Made by a program: the position numbers and the translations under genes | The notes under the pieces: model-generated | What the model saw: the letters and a program-made list of their open reading frames with translations, nothing else | Database searches by the model: none | What the model was told of the DNA's origin: nothing | Shown here: in pieces, positions 13,101 through 28,100 of the stretch | Layout of the letters: the number at the start of each line of letters is the position of its first letter | How positions within the stretch are numbered: position 1 is the first letter of the stretch | Assembly (NCBI RefSeq): GCF_001447785.1 | Contig: NW_015163605.1 | Coordinates: 212,787-276,786 of the forward strand | DNA length: 64,000 nt | Direction: 5' to 3' | DNA from: Gekko japonicus | Lineage: Eukaryota

Positions 13101-16100
13101 AAAGGCAGGACAGCGTAGTTACTACTGCATGCCATTGTAAGAAACAGAGGTTCAGATTCGTCCTAAACAACAAAGGGGGCGAGTGAGTAATTAATCACTC
13201 AGCCTCACAGATCGCCTGAGAGAATCGGAAGCAGATCTGGGGTAACAGATTCACAAAAAAGAGAAATCCGGCATAGTCTCAAAAACCCAGACAGACTGTG
13301 TGAAGATAAACTGCTTCCATCTGAAACAAATGGTCACCAGGTTTTGGCTGAGGTAAGCGAATGTCTTCTCCAATCACTGCAAAGTGCACATTTGACACCT
13401 CTGGATATTGTGACCTCGGTTGTCTATACTCACTGGGCAGCTATCTTAATAAACTTCTTCAGGAGCTGAACTCGTTTGCTGAGCTGGGAACAGAGACAAA
13501 TCTCGGTGACCACCCAGAACTGGATTTCGTTAAATCTTCGCAGAAATAGGTCCAAATTGGCTGTCGTCTTTTTAAAACTGTGCCTTCCAAATGTGTGGTA
13601 GACCAGTTCCAGCTGGGGGGGGGGGACAAAACAAAGGAGACAGGGAAGAATCAGAAGCAGGCAGAGGATTTATGTTCTTTAAAACAGTATACTGCAGTGT
13701 ATGTTGTAAAGCATACTGTTCGGTAAAACACACTTCCGTGTGATGCGCACAGGAGTGTACACAAGGAGTCTAGGAGGCTTACTCCTGGTCCTTCCTCCCA
13801 AACTAAGCATCACCCCAAATGAGAGGTGGGGTGTGTCTTTTGTCCAGCCTTTAGGGATTTTTTTTTCCTTTTTAATTTTTTAAAATTGTATGTGTGTGTA
13901 TATATGTGTATGCTTATGAGCCTGGGAGCAATGTTCCCTCTAAGCTGTGGAGTTCTTGTGAGCAAAAAATCTACTCTATGAGCTACCGGCATTCAAATTG
14001 TGAGCAAGCGATTTGGCTGCTGCATCGAACTAGTTTGCTCTGGAGCCATCTTTCCTGAGCGGAGGCAAAAATGTGTGAGCCGGAGGCTAAAAAACAGTGA
14101 GCTAGCTCACGCTAACTCAGCTTAGAGGGAACACTGCCTGGGAGTCATGGTGATTTCTGGCAACCCCTAGTGGGGCTCGGATGTTTCAAAGAGGTGGCTT
14201 ACTATTGCTTGCCTCTGAGTCCCAGGCCTGGTATTCCTTGGAGGTCACCCATCCAAGTATTTGCCAGGGTCAGCCCTGCTTAGCTTTCGAGATCTGATGA
14301 GATCGGGCTTGCCTGGGCTATCCAGGGCAAGGCAGGAAATTCTTTCTTAATGACAGGAAGATTTTCGTTTTTGCTGTTTATTCATCTTGCCAACTAAGAG
14401 AGGAAATCCCTATTGCAAGAGCTGTGATGCAGTGCAGAGTACATGTTTTGCCTGCAGAAGATTTCCTGGCCTCTCTAGTTACAGGGGGAAAGACCTTTAC
14501 TTGGCCAAGACCCTAGAGAGTCACTGCCAATTATAGTATAGAACAATGAGTTAAATGGATTAATGATCTGACTTCGGCTTCATTGAGTCATCATCTCCAG
14601 CTAATATTAAGCTTGGATGCACATAGCCCCTACTCCATTTTTGATCAGAGCACAAAGAAGGGATCCTGGTTCAACACTAACTTGGGTTACACCCATGACA
14701 GACAATGCAGGAGTGTGGCTTAGCCACAATTAGTTTCCCACCACAAAATGGAAGTCTCAGGCCAGACCAGATAGGATGCTGGGAGTTCTGCATATGAAGC
14801 ACCTGGAGATTTTTCCTTAAACAGCAGCTTATGACTGGGACTCGAAGTGCAAAGCAGGGGGTTTAAGGCCTAGCCCACATGCCATTTTCCTTACCCGAAA
14901 CAACTCCAGTGAAGAAGAAGAGATTGGATTTATACCCTGCCCTTCACTATCCGAAGGAGTCTCAGAGTGGCTTACAAACTCCTTTCCCTTCCCCTCCCCA
15001 CAACAGACACCCTGTGAGGTAGGTGGGGCTGAGAAAGCTCTTGACAGAAACTGCTCTTTTTCAAGGACAGCTCTTATCAGAACTACGACTTGCCCAAGGT
15101 CATCCAGCAGCTGCAGGTGGAGGAGTGGGGAATCAAACCTGGTTCTCCCAGATTAGAGTTCATGCTCCTAACCACTACACCAAACTGAAAACATACAACG
15201 ATACTGACTGATAAGGCTACCACCTGCATGTCTGTCCCAGTGTGGCAAACAGCAACTCCACTGGGCCATTTCAGGCCTCTCCTTCCTTTGTGCCATGGTT
15301 CTGATCCAAACTGGGTGCTGTATGCTTTATACTTAAAGGAAGAAAACACTGTGAACTTCATTCACAGAACCCCCAGCATAATGCTCAGTTTGGCCCTAAG
15401 CCTGGATTAAACTCTAATTTAAAATCGCAGTTTAGGAGGACTCCAGTTAAACTGCACATCCACATTCATGCATCCCAGGTAACTAGAACTGGCTTTGAAC
15501 TGGAATTCTATCATCACGCTCTGTGTGAAAAGGAGGGGAAAGTAAGGTGTGCGTGTGGGAGGACAACAACAGGCTTGGTTTGTCCATACTCAGGCTTGAT
15601 GCGACATCTGAATGCTTCTTGGTATAAGTCAGCTTGTATGAAATGTGAGTTGAGGCTACCCTATGCCTACCTGCACAGCAGAATGAGGTGCAAATTATGT
15701 GGTAGAGCCTTGATGAGGTAGAATAAAATATAACACATTAGACTGCAGTTTTGAGTGCAGAAAAACAGCACAGCTAAGGAGGAACTTGTTAAACTCTGAA
15801 TAAATATAATCCCTGCTCAACAAGTGTACAGTCCACCTCTGGGTTCTACTATCTAGTTCTGCTCCATGTATATAAACTAGGCCACATCCTTAGATGGGAA
15901 AGCTTGAAATGAAATAGATGGGACGCATGATTTCTCATTACCTCATGCACAGAGTTGAAGAGCTCCCAGTCGTACACTGTCATCTGGTATGCTAAGTCTT
16001 TGGAGCTCATGAGTTCAAATGTTCCCATGGTCCCAGTCGAGGGGCCTTCCTGTTCCTGCAGTGGTGTCTGTGGACAAGAATGATGACACTTTGAGACCTT

Positions 16101-19100
16101 TATTAATATGATCTCTTCCTTCTTTCTTAGGAACTCTCTTTTTCAAATGTAGAGGAGAAACATAAGGGCTTCTTCCAAAGTCAAGGATTTCTCCAGGGAA
16201 ATACTGGTGTGAGACACACACCCCACACACCCACACACATATAGTACAAAAAGATTGGCATGTGAGATGATCACATACACGCTTTCAAATGTAGAGGAGA
16301 AACATAAGGGCGTCTTCCAAAGTAAAGGATTTCTCCAGGGAAATACTGGTGTAAGACACACACACCACACCCACACACATATAGTACAAAAAGACTGGCA
16401 TGTGAGATGATCACATACACACACAAAATGTCTGCCTCACAACATCTAAACATGTTGTGAAGCAGACACATGTATGATAATCACTTAGGGTTGCCAAGTC
16501 CCCCCTGACTACCAGCGGGGGATGAGGGGGCAGGGTTGCCATATTCAGGTTGGTAAAACCCCAGAGATTTGCAGATGGAACCTGGGGAGGACACGGACCT
16601 CAGTGGGGTGCAGTGCCATAGAGTCCACCCTCCAAAGCATTTATTTTCTCCAGGGGAACTGATCTCTGTAGTATAGAGATGAGCTGTAATTCTAGGGGAT
16701 CCTCAGGTCCCACCAGGAGGCTGGCATCCCTATTTAGGATGATATCCACATAATTCTCACTTCTTGCCCTATGTAGCACTCCCTAGCATTTGTTAAACCT
16801 GATTTAACAGTGCCACTCTCAGAAGAGACACAGCCTTCGAAAACCCTGGATTCCAAAGGACTTAAAAAGGTATAACTCTAAATCACTTGACAATCAGCAA
16901 AGGTTAGTTAATTGATATCTTTGAAAGCTCTTGGGTCTTACATGGTTCCTCTCATCTCTGCTCTAAGACCCAAAGTTCTAATCAACTTCCTTTCCCAAGT
17001 GAGAATTAACTTCTATCTTCAGTGGCATTTTGATGGGGCTTAGAGGTGTATTGGTTTGATTCTAATTTGCATCCAGGTCCTGCAGTCTATACTGTGCATT
17101 AAGCACTATTTAGCTTTGCACTTCCCCATATAGCCTAGGGTGGAAAGTCTGCTTGTCAACACATGATTTCCACCCACTACTGAGGCCTCCCCCTTTTACA
17201 TCTCAGCAAGGCTCTTTTTAAACTAGTAAACTGATGAGTTTTGCAGTCAGTGCAGACAACCAGTTTAGGTCAGCACCAGTGAATAATAATTCATACAACA
17301 TGATTTCCAGACCCAGAGCTGGGCTTCATGCATGATTCCTGCAACTGAGCATGCATGGAAACATGGGATCCCTTCTGGGATAAGAAAAATCCACCTGTGA
17401 TGTACTTTGTGGAATAAGAAAAATGTACCATCTATAATGAGTTGGATCCAAGCTCCCATGAACAGAGAGACATGGCAGAACTGGATCTTTCCCACCTTTC
17501 TATCTTCCCTTGGCACTTTCTATAAAGCTGCTGTTGAGGGTTGGAGGACACTCAAGACCAAAATACCATGTGGGGCAGGCATAGCAATATTGCTATAAAA
17601 CTTAGGAGAAATCATACTAAGTCACACATTCCACTCCGTCTTGCACAAGAAGAACAAGTTATATGAACAGAACGAAACCTCTTGCAGCAATTTCAGGCGG
17701 TCCTTGTTTCAGCTTCCTGTGCCACATGGTATATTATTCTGGAGGGGAACCATGCTCCCCCCAGCAGTGGCCTTTTCAACGTTGGTACACATGAACCTAA
17801 ATCTGGCAAAAGTGTACCAAGGCTGAAAATACACACATTGTCTCTTTGAGACAAAATGGCGGCCATGCATGTTGGAAGGACTGGGTACAAAGCACCTTCT
17901 CAGTATATGTGCTAAAATAGAACCAAAAATGTCTAACAAGAGTTGGTTAGGTGTGATTTCTGAACAGGGGATGGTTGCACATTTCTGTCATTATCATTTG
18001 TTGTGGCAATATTTGTTAACAATAGTCCAAGACACACTTAGGTATTGGCATAACATTTGAATTGGGCATAAAGAAAAGAAAAATCCATTGTCTTACATCC
18101 AAATAGTAAAGTTATTCTTGGATTGCTTAAGAAACCTTATTTGCACTTTTCAAGCCTATGTACAAAGGATTTTATGTGTTTATTACATGCTTATTTTGAA
18201 GTGTTGTGCCCACACATTGGTATCTGCTGGGAAATACATGCCTGGTATGACACTGATATCATACACACATAATACAACCAGAGGGAGAAGTTTGGGGACA
18301 AAGCATCATCTAGAGACCACTAGGACCTAGCCAATGGAAACAAAAGCACAGAGAATTTAACTGGTTTACAGCTAGGCTGTAAATCTATATTGGTTTTATT
18401 CTAACTAATAAGCCTGGTACTCTGTTTCCGAAGGCAGAACCCTCAAAAGCCTTAGCAAAGACGGGGCAAGCAGATGCATGTTTTTAAAAGCTTTATGGCA
18501 GCTACTGGAAGGGAAAAGCTGCTTTTTCCTTAAAAGCAGACTTATCGGTTCTGCCAGGAGACCAGTTGCTGTCAAAAAAGAGAACAGAACATTTATAGTT
18601 CGGCTTCCTTCTCCCCTTCCTGTACTAGTGGCTATCCAGTTTATAGATTAAAAAAACACAAACTGTAAAGCCACAGTGATTTTAAGCAGTAACCAGTTGC
18701 TCCACTATGAGAACTGGTTATCACCAAATTAAAGGTAAAGGTAAAGGTTCCCTTGCTCGAAAGCCAGTCGAATCCGACTCTAGGGTTGCGGTGCTCATCT
18801 CCATTTCAAAGCCGAAGAGCCAGCGCTGTCCGAAGACATTTCCGTGGTCATGTGGCCGGCATGACTAAACACCAAGGCGCACGGAACGCTGTTACCTACC
18901 CACCAAAGTGGTACCTATTTATCTACTTGCAATTTCTTGCTTTCAAAATGCTAGGTTGGCAGGAGCTGGAACTAGAGACGGGAGCTCACTCCGTCATGCA
19001 GCACCCGGGTCTCGAACTGCTTAACTACTGACCTTTCACAGCCTGCAGTTCAGCGTCTTAACCACTTGAGCCACCGCAGCTCATATCACCAAATTACACA

Positions 19101-22100
19101 AGGGCTTATCTCTTCTCATGTGAAGGCGATAACCACGAGTGGGAGATAAGCTTTTGTAAACGAACCTATGCGCTTTTTGTTCTGGCAATGGAAATATCAG
19201 AATCAGGATCTTAAAAACTCTGTATGTTAGAGGAGGACTGGCCATTTGACTTTCTGGGAAAGTTCCTGGTGGGCTGCTGGTGGCCAGGAAGAAGCAGAGC
19301 CAAGTCACAGTCGCTCAACGAGGGTTACAGCGGTCATTGAGCTTAGGCCCTTCAGCAGGGCAGGAGGAGGCGGGAAGGTACCAGCTGGATATTAGGAAAA
19401 ACTTTTTGAGAGTCAGAGTTGTGCCACAGTGGAATCGGCTGCCTAGGGAGGTAGTGAACTCCCCCTCACTGGCAGTCTTTAAGCAGCGACTGGACAAACA
19501 CTTGTCAGGGATGCTCTAGGCTGATCCTGCATTGAGCAGGGGGTTGGATTAGATGGCCTATATGACCCCTCCCAACTCTATGATTCTATGAGGGAAACTG
19601 GTTCACTGTGGCAACTGAAGGCTCTGAGGTGAAGAAGAAGAAGAAGAGATTGGATTTATACCCCGCCCTTCACTTGGAGTCTCAGAGCGGCTTACAAACT
19701 CCTCTCCCTTCCCCTCCCCACAACAGACACCCTGTGAGGTGGGTGGGGCTGAGAGAACTCTGACACAAACTGCTCTTCTTCAAGGACAGCTGTGCCAGAG
19801 CTTGTGACTGACCCAAGGTCACATCAGCAGGTGCAAGTGGAGGAGTGGGGAATCAAACCCGGTTCTCCCAGATTAGAGTCTGCACACTTAACCACGACAC
19901 CAAACTGGCTCTGAGTGTCCCCTGTGGTGCTGGCTTGCAGCTGCCCAGCTTGGCCTGTCCATTTAGGGGCTGGCTGGGCTAGAGGAAACCCCAACTCAGT
20001 TCACGTTTAATGAGTGACCCTAGCAGACACGTAGAACCAGCAGTACAACAAACAGCCCCTCCCCGCACAAAAACGGGCGGGGCGGGAGGGAATAATGAAG
20101 CTTCTCATGCTGCCACACGCAAGCACAGGAGCCCCCCCCCCCCACTGCACATTTTTTGTATGCTGAGTGCTGGGTCACATGTTACAGCAAGTTAGGTTGG
20201 GATTTTCCCCAACCCAACTTGCATTTTAACGTACCGTCTACTCTAATCAGACCCTTAAACTTCCCAGTCTACTTTCTAAAGCTTTTGCCACATACATTCA
20301 TAAACTTTTCCAAAAGAAAAGGCAGCATAAGTATTAAAAATGTGAGTTCAAGCCAGGTAAAGTTAAAATGTTTCAAATCAAATTCATTTTAACAGCAGGC
20401 ACTGAATTCTCCCATTAAAATAAATCAGATCTGCAACTGCACAATTTTGGCTAGACTATGTTGTTATTACACTTATGAATACAGAGCAGGACTGAATGAG
20501 CCCCCTGAAGGGACCTGTACTTCACTCACCTCCATTTTCCAAAGTGTCCCCTCACTTTTCAGAAAGCCCAAAGTGGGAAAGATAGAACCCAGAGCACAGA
20601 AGTGGGGGGCACTATTATACACACATTCCACTCCCCCCCCCATACATTTACTAAGCCCAGTAAGGGCAGAGAACATAGGTTAGCAGAAAGGACAGGCTGT
20701 TTGCTAGAGAGCTGGAAAAGATTTTCTGAGCTCTCATCACCCTGTATAAGGGCTATGTCTTTCACGCTGCAAATCGTAGTCCGGCTACTGTGTTGTCCAA
20801 TTTGATGGAACTGAATTCCTTTCAAAAAAGGAGTAAATCAGAAGAATCCAGCACCTTCATGAACTGGGGGGATGTTGCAAAGAAGAATGTCTTATTCAAC
20901 TGAACTCACCGAGAGACTACCTGTTGCAAGTTTCTGCTCATGGTTAAACATATGTGTTTGCTATAAATTTTTTGTTGCATTGTTCTGTATGGTTGAGTTG
21001 AAGCTTGAGTTGAAGAAAAATGTATTTAAATTAATTTGTCTTGCAAGTTCTGTTCCTGATTTAGACCCATAGAATCCAGAGAGGCAGAGATGGTCAGCTC
21101 CTGCCGAAGTCTCTCAGCTAGTATGTAACCGAGTGAAAGCCAGCATGGTGCGGTGCTTAAGAGCAACGGACTCTAATCTGGAAAAGCGGGTTCTATTCTG
21201 CACTCCTCCACATGAAGCCAGCTGGGTGACCTTGGGTCAGTCACAGCCCTTTCACAGCTCTCTCAGCCCAAAACACAAGCCTAGCTTGCACTAAAATAGC
21301 TAGAGCGTCAGGCAGCCAGACAATCCTTCGATCTCCTGGCTATGCTACACACAATACCATACAATAATTTTTTTTAAATGTTTGTGACTGAGTGAGTCAT
21401 GCAGCCTTTGCCCCAAGTTGCTTTGCCAGCATGCTAATTAACCAAGCTGCCCAGTTAACCAAGTGCTGGTTAACATAGCTTTTTTCTGTAGTTGTACCCT
21501 GCACTTCTATTTTTGTATTGAAAAATAGACATAGTTCTAAAGATATCTTTGCACCTGAAGCAATGGTAATGTCTTTTTTGCGGTGCCTCTGAAAGGAAAT
21601 GAAGGCTACAAAGCAGCTTATTAGAAGCAAACCACAAGGCTTGGAGCAATGAAAGCTGCTTTTAATCAAGTTAAAAGGAACTGAAAGCACAGTTTTAAAA
21701 CAAACCACTCCACCCCCATCCAAGTCTGTAAAAGTGACCCCCTTAGAGAACGGCAGAATTACTTCTGGTAAATATTTGTAAATATTTTTTTTGTGTGTGC
21801 TCATAGAAAACCAGACTGTAAAAAAGATGTGAACATCTAGGATTTTAATTATAATGTGCTGAGATCCTATTTTAAAAGAGCTGTGGCTGTATCATACCCC
21901 AGCCTATATAATATTTCATCTTATTGCGTTCAACTTCTTTTTACTAAAAGAAAAACATATAGGACAGGGATACGTAATCACTTTCACATCAGAAACTTGA
22001 GTAACATTATTCTTGCATGCAGTCTCTAGTATGAAATGGGAAATAATAAACGCCCTACTTTATACAAAGATTTTATTATCTTTATTCATAGCGATGGACT

Positions 22101-25100
22101 TCTACCACACTCTTGCCTACCATGCGCTTTGAAAATCTGGAAAAGACCATTTGTTAAAAGGCTGAAAAGAAGAAAAATGCAGGCTAAGAAAGACCTGTGT
22201 CAAGGATCCTGTTCCAAAGAGAGCCTCTGAATTGGGAATGTTTGACAGAGGTTAACGTACTTACATACCAGTGAGTCAAACTGGTCTCGAGGGCATGCAA
22301 AAAGACGGCCATTAACGCTGAGAGTTGTAAACACCGAAACATCATTAGGTTTCAACACCACCTTTTCTGTAAAATAACAAAAGCATAAGAGGTATGTTAC
22401 AAAATTTACAACAGTTATCAAGGATATTAGCAACAAACTTAAGATGTTAGATGTATCTCTGGTACAGAACAGAATGGTTGACCAGGGCGGAACACTACTG
22501 TTTTCTACAGTGTAGTCACCTTCTAGTTATACCTAGTCTCATGACTGGACTATCAGTACAATCCTAAAGGCACTTCCCTGGGGGTAAACCCAATTGAACA
22601 GACTTGAATAAGATACTGAATAGACTTGCTTAGGATTGCTCTCTGCGAATACCATGCTCCTATGGTCAGACACCATGATGAACTGTGGTTTACACTGGTT
22701 AGTTGTGACTCAGGAATGCAGCTTTTCTAACAAACCATGTTGGCACCAGACCAGAAATTTCAAACTAGGGTTTGTAGCTAGTTTGTCAACCACTGTTTGT
22801 CCATAAATGGCCTGGAATTTGGGGTGTGTGTAGTAGTTTGCAAAGGATTGCCAAATTATTCAGGATGGTGAAACCCAAGGTGGGTTGTGAAGAGTTACAG
22901 AAGGATTTCACCAGATTGGGTGACTGGACAACTATGTGGCAAATTATCCTAACCAGGGTAACTAAAAAGAACCTCTATACCCAGAGGCAGTAAGCTGCTG
23001 AATACCAGCACTGGAAGGCAACATCAGCAGAAGGCCTTGGCCTTTATGATCTGTTAAATGGCCCTCAAGGGCAACTGACTGGCTGCTGTAAGAAGCAAGA
23101 TGCTGGACTAGATGAACCACTGATCCAGCAGGGATCCTCTTAACTTCTCTGTTAAATAGCACTGACCCTTGCAATTTTCTGGCCACAGAGATGGAAATAT
23201 AGGGAAGATGAAGAGAAGTTAGTGGACAAACTGGACCTTACATACAACCTGGCATTTGTTACTTATATCTGGCAGATTAACAAGAGATTGTTGCAGAAAG
23301 CATGGTTTAAACAAGCTCTGATTTAACACAGTGTATGAATGCGGCAATGTCTATACATTTCCAACAACTTTCACATGGGCCTCCTAATTCTTTACTTCTT
23401 AAAATGTGTTTCATTTGTATTCGGCCTGTCTTGCAAGGAAAACTGCAGATGAAGTTCTTTACCCAGTAATTGGCCAGGCTCAGACCAACCTAGCCAGAAA
23501 TATCAGACTTGTTTTTGGGGGCAACCACAAGATTATAAAAAGGCACGAACAGCTATCCAGATGAAGTTCATTCTCCTCTTTATAGCCTCTGGGGGATGTA
23601 CTTGGGATATCACTACGGGCATGTGATGTGTTTGCACTGCAAAAATGACCCTGGGAAGACGCATTCTAGTGTGCCTTATGGCTACAGTTGCCATCCCCCC
23701 GATGGGGGCAGGGTTTCCCCTGATTTCAGGGCCCCCAATCCACTGCTGGCCAGCTGGCCGGTGGAGGAAGCCCTGCCCCAAAGAGCCCCACCGTGCCCGA
23801 AGTGCCTGGCACAATGACATCACCTGGAGGTGACGTCATTGTGCTGGGCACGTCACGCAGGGGACACTGTAACATAGAGTGTCCCCTGCACAACTTTCCC
23901 AGCATGATGATGTCACTTCTTGGCAGGGGTCATTTTGTAGAAAAAGAGGTGCAGGAGCTCATTAGCATAACATATTAGTATAACTCATTTGCATATGCCA
24001 CACACACACCCTGACATCACCGGAAGTGTGTCAGAAGGCAATACCCACCGCTCAGGCTCCACTGGACTGTTTTGGATTGCTAGCTATTGGGGGGGGGAGA
24101 GAACGTGCAGATCTGCCCTCACAGAGGAGGGAGAGTTTGTACCTGAATAAAACTTGGTCTTAATGATGCCACTGGACTGTTTTGGATTGCAAGCTATGGG
24201 GGGGGGGGAACGCGCAGATCTGCCCTCACAGAGGAGGGAGAGCTTGTACCTGAAGGCGGGTTGGGGGGGGCTCTGCAACTTACCTGGCTGCTTCTTGCTC
24301 TGACTGAGGGCTGCTGGAAGCAGGGGGCGGGGCTTGTTGCATGTGCCCACCCCCTGGGCTCCTTACCGCCGGAGCTCCACTCCTGTGCGCTCCTGCAGGA
24401 AATGACTCCTGCTTCTTGGTGATATCATCGTAGTGTGCATGCTTTGAAGATCCAGGGAAGCAGGCTGAAGTCCCCCGCAAACAGAAGGTAAGGACCTGGC
24501 ACCCCTGCTTACGGCAAGCTTTGTGAGGCTGAAAACTAGCTACTACATGCCCCTCCCAGGTTTCTTTGTAGCTCCACCCACTCAGGCAGCCTAATGGTCC
24601 CCTTCACATGGCTATTTATTTATTTATTTATTACATTTCCCCCATCTTTCCTTTTCTAAGGAGCAGAGGGCAGCTCCTGGGATTCCCCCCCCCACCCATT
24701 TTCTGCTCACTACATTCCTTAGGCAGAGAGGGACTGACTCCTCCAAGGCTACTGCGCTTCATAGCTGAGAAGGGATTTGAACCCAGCTCTCCTTGTTCCA
24801 AGTTCAGCACTAGAACCATTTCACCGCACTGGCGATATATGATTCTGGATTAGGGATAGATCTTTGCCTGGACAACAACTACCCTCTGACCCCACCCAGA
24901 ATTTTCTCCAGTTGCTTTCGAAGTCCATGCAGTTTTCAGCTCTATTGCCCATTCCCCCTTCTCAATCCCCCTACTTGTCTCCTCCCCTTCTAGACCTGCC
25001 TAGTGTCTTCCAGTCCAATGTTCCCATGCATCCCATGCTGATGACAAAGTATTAAGATATGGCCATAATGGAAGCATGCTTGAAGTACCACTGCAGCCGT

Positions 25101-28100
25101 CATTGGGATTTATCATTCTTTTGCCCTGAGACATTAACGATACCTGAAAGCAACCAAGCTATTCTAACCCCCAGATCAGAAAAGCTGTCACGTGTGTGTG
25201 TGTGTGTGTGTGTGCGTGCGTGTGTAAAGTGCTGTCAAGTTGCAGCCAACTTATAGTGATCCTGTCAAGTTTTCAAGGAAAGAGATGTTCAGGGGTAGTC
25301 TGCCATTGCCTGCCTCTGCATAGTGACCCTGGACTTCCTTGGTGGTCTCCCATTCAAAGAGTGACCAGGGCCGACCCTGCTTAGCTTCCGAAATCTGATA
25401 AGATCAGGCTAGCCTGGGTCATCCAGGTCAGGGCTTATCACTTAGAAACTCTTTAAAAATTAACATTATAATCTGTTAAGGAAAGTAACAGCCGTTTTTA
25501 TCCATATAGTGGGTTGGATCCAGACTCATGTTTCCACAGGTGGAAACACCTTATGGGCAGAAGTTTGGGAATTGGATAAACATATGGAGCAGAGGCCCAT
25601 CAGTGGCCATTAGCCACAAGGTACAGATAGGAACTCTTGGTCTAAGGCAAGTGATGCTCTGTATTCTTGGTCCCGGGGGGTGTGTGTCAACAGTGGGAGG
25701 ACTTCTAGTGTCCTGGCCCCACTGGTACACCTCCTGATAGCACTTGGTATTTTTGTGTGTGACAGAGTGTTGGACTGGATGGGCCATTGACCTGATCCAG
25801 CATTGGCTTCTCTTATGTTCTTATGTTCTTACAGCTGCAGAAATATCAGCCTGGATCCCAGCCAGTGAATTACAATAATTCCTAGCCAAAGAATTAAAAC
25901 ACACTTCTGTTTATCACTTGGGAAAACATGTGCATCCCTGACAGGTGCAAAAGAGCTTAACTGACTTATAAACCACTCTGTCCTAGCATATATCCATTAG
26001 ATTGCCACATACACCAGTGAAGGAAATCCTATTGAAATTTCAAAACACTGAAACTACTGGCACCAATTTATTTGCAAAAAGAACAGTCCTTGACAAGAGT
26101 TCCTTTTGCATTTCAGTGTAGTTTTAATGAACTGTCAGAGTGCCACATTAAAACTGGGCCCAGCAGTATCTCAAAGCAGTGTTTCCTTTCCAAATCCTTA
26201 CCTTGGCATAATTTTCAACCTTAAAGGTCAAATATTAATCTTGTAACCAAACAAAGAAAATGGAGTGAGACGTGCTGAAGTCAGCTGTAGCTAAAAGAAA
26301 AAAAAAAGCCCTTCTCCAACAGAACACTGAAGCAGAACCCATCACAGCGTGGACACATCAGCTTGACAGAATCCTGCAACTCACTCCATTTCCTGTTTGT
26401 ACAAGCACATGTTAGACTTTGGACTTGTATTTAGAGATATGAGGATACTTCTCCTGTACTAATCTTGGGAATGTGAGTAAGACACTATTTACCTCTGTTA
26501 GAATTAGCAGATAGTCTGTTTGCAGTTTCAGGTGTAGATCCACTATACCCTCTGAACATACTTCAGCATAAGGATCAGCCAGAGGTGCTGATATCCTAAC
26601 GGAATAATCCAAATGACTATGGTACAGACTTTCCCGTTAGGTGACCTTTCTCTCTAACATTTCAACTATCAAATGCTGCAAAAATTCTGCCACTGAAACA
26701 ATGTGGAAAATTATGATCTTTGGTGGCAATTGGTTTTGTGGTGCAATAGATGCACATAAGCTTATTTTATAGGCACACAGCGATCTGGGTGTCATTCCTC
26801 AGGGTGGCTGCCTATATATCCCATTTTCACAGCATGTACACGACAATGCTTCATCACCATGATCCTCACCATTGGCAAGGGCATCCAGTGCTTTTGCAGC
26901 TGGCAGGAGGTTCCACAGGCACCACAGAGTCCTGGTGGACTATACCTGCATAATCACTGGTAATGTGCAGTTAGGCCATTTGCATATTTGAGAAACCTTG
27001 GGGTAGGTGGTCTTTCTGAGACACTGAAAGTAAAAGCAGGATAACTTGCAATTTAATAAACCAGTGTCAACCTTTATAGAAAATGGCAAGGCCATCTTTA
27101 ACCATCTTTAATGCTGTCTTTCCATACCTTATTACACTAACATACCAAAAACAAAATAGTGTCAAAAATAAACAAGTGTATCCATAATGCACAGGCCCTC
27201 CAATTAAAATCAGCTTCCATGGATTAATCAGCCAAGATTAATGTAATTATTAAATCAATTAAAGCTTACATTTTCAGTTCTTCCAATAATGTAATTATGC
27301 CATGTACTTAATCTATAGGGTATGTTCCTATCTGATATTTTAGATTTCTGATTACAAAGGGGGGAGGAGAGGAGTATGAACCTTCAACTATCTCTGCTCA
27401 TGACTCTTCCTAAGAGAGAGTGAGAGAGAGAGTCCAGTTTGTCAGATATTAAAACTAATTTGAAAAAGTCTTTTAAAAGATCAGTATGAGCCTTTCCATT
27501 CCATCATGGTCCACCGCTTCAAGGTAAATGAGGAGTGTTTAAAGATTATGCAAATGCCTTACCTCCTCCAGAGCTCATCTTTACTAATATCAAGCCATCT
27601 CCAGAGCCCAGTTTGTCAGCCACGGCACTAACAACTTCTTTAACAGAAGACACCACGGGAATTCGGATAGTGGTATAGGTGTGATCTATGCAATACACCT
27701 TGAATAAAACTTCAGACAGAAAAGAGAAACTGAATTATAAATAGAGGCTGGAACAATGGGACAGACAATATGGTGCAGAACAGGAAGGACCTCCTTCATT
27801 CTACGATCAGGGCTATTTTGGGGCAGGAACGCACAGGAACGGCGCTCCCGCTGGCTCCCAAGTTGGCCACGCCCAGCAGGACTCATTAGCATAATAGGCC
27901 ACACCGAACAGCAGAAACTCATTCGGATTGGCTACAATTAGGGGTGTGTGGCCTAAAATGCAAAAAGCCCTGGGTTTTGACAACAAACAAGGTAAAGAGA
28001 ATAAGAAGCAAAAGGTGGGTGTGGCTGGATGACCACACTTCTGGTAACATGGGGTGTGGCCTAATATGCAAATGAGCTGTGCTGTCAGGGGTGTGACCTG

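Noticed and set aside
22418-22427. Second U12 element (ATATCCTTGA on the minus strand)
   Set aside because: The intron has a canonical GTAAGG donor and a pyrimidine tract with CAG, and the motif is about 50 nt from the acceptor, so it is probably chance.
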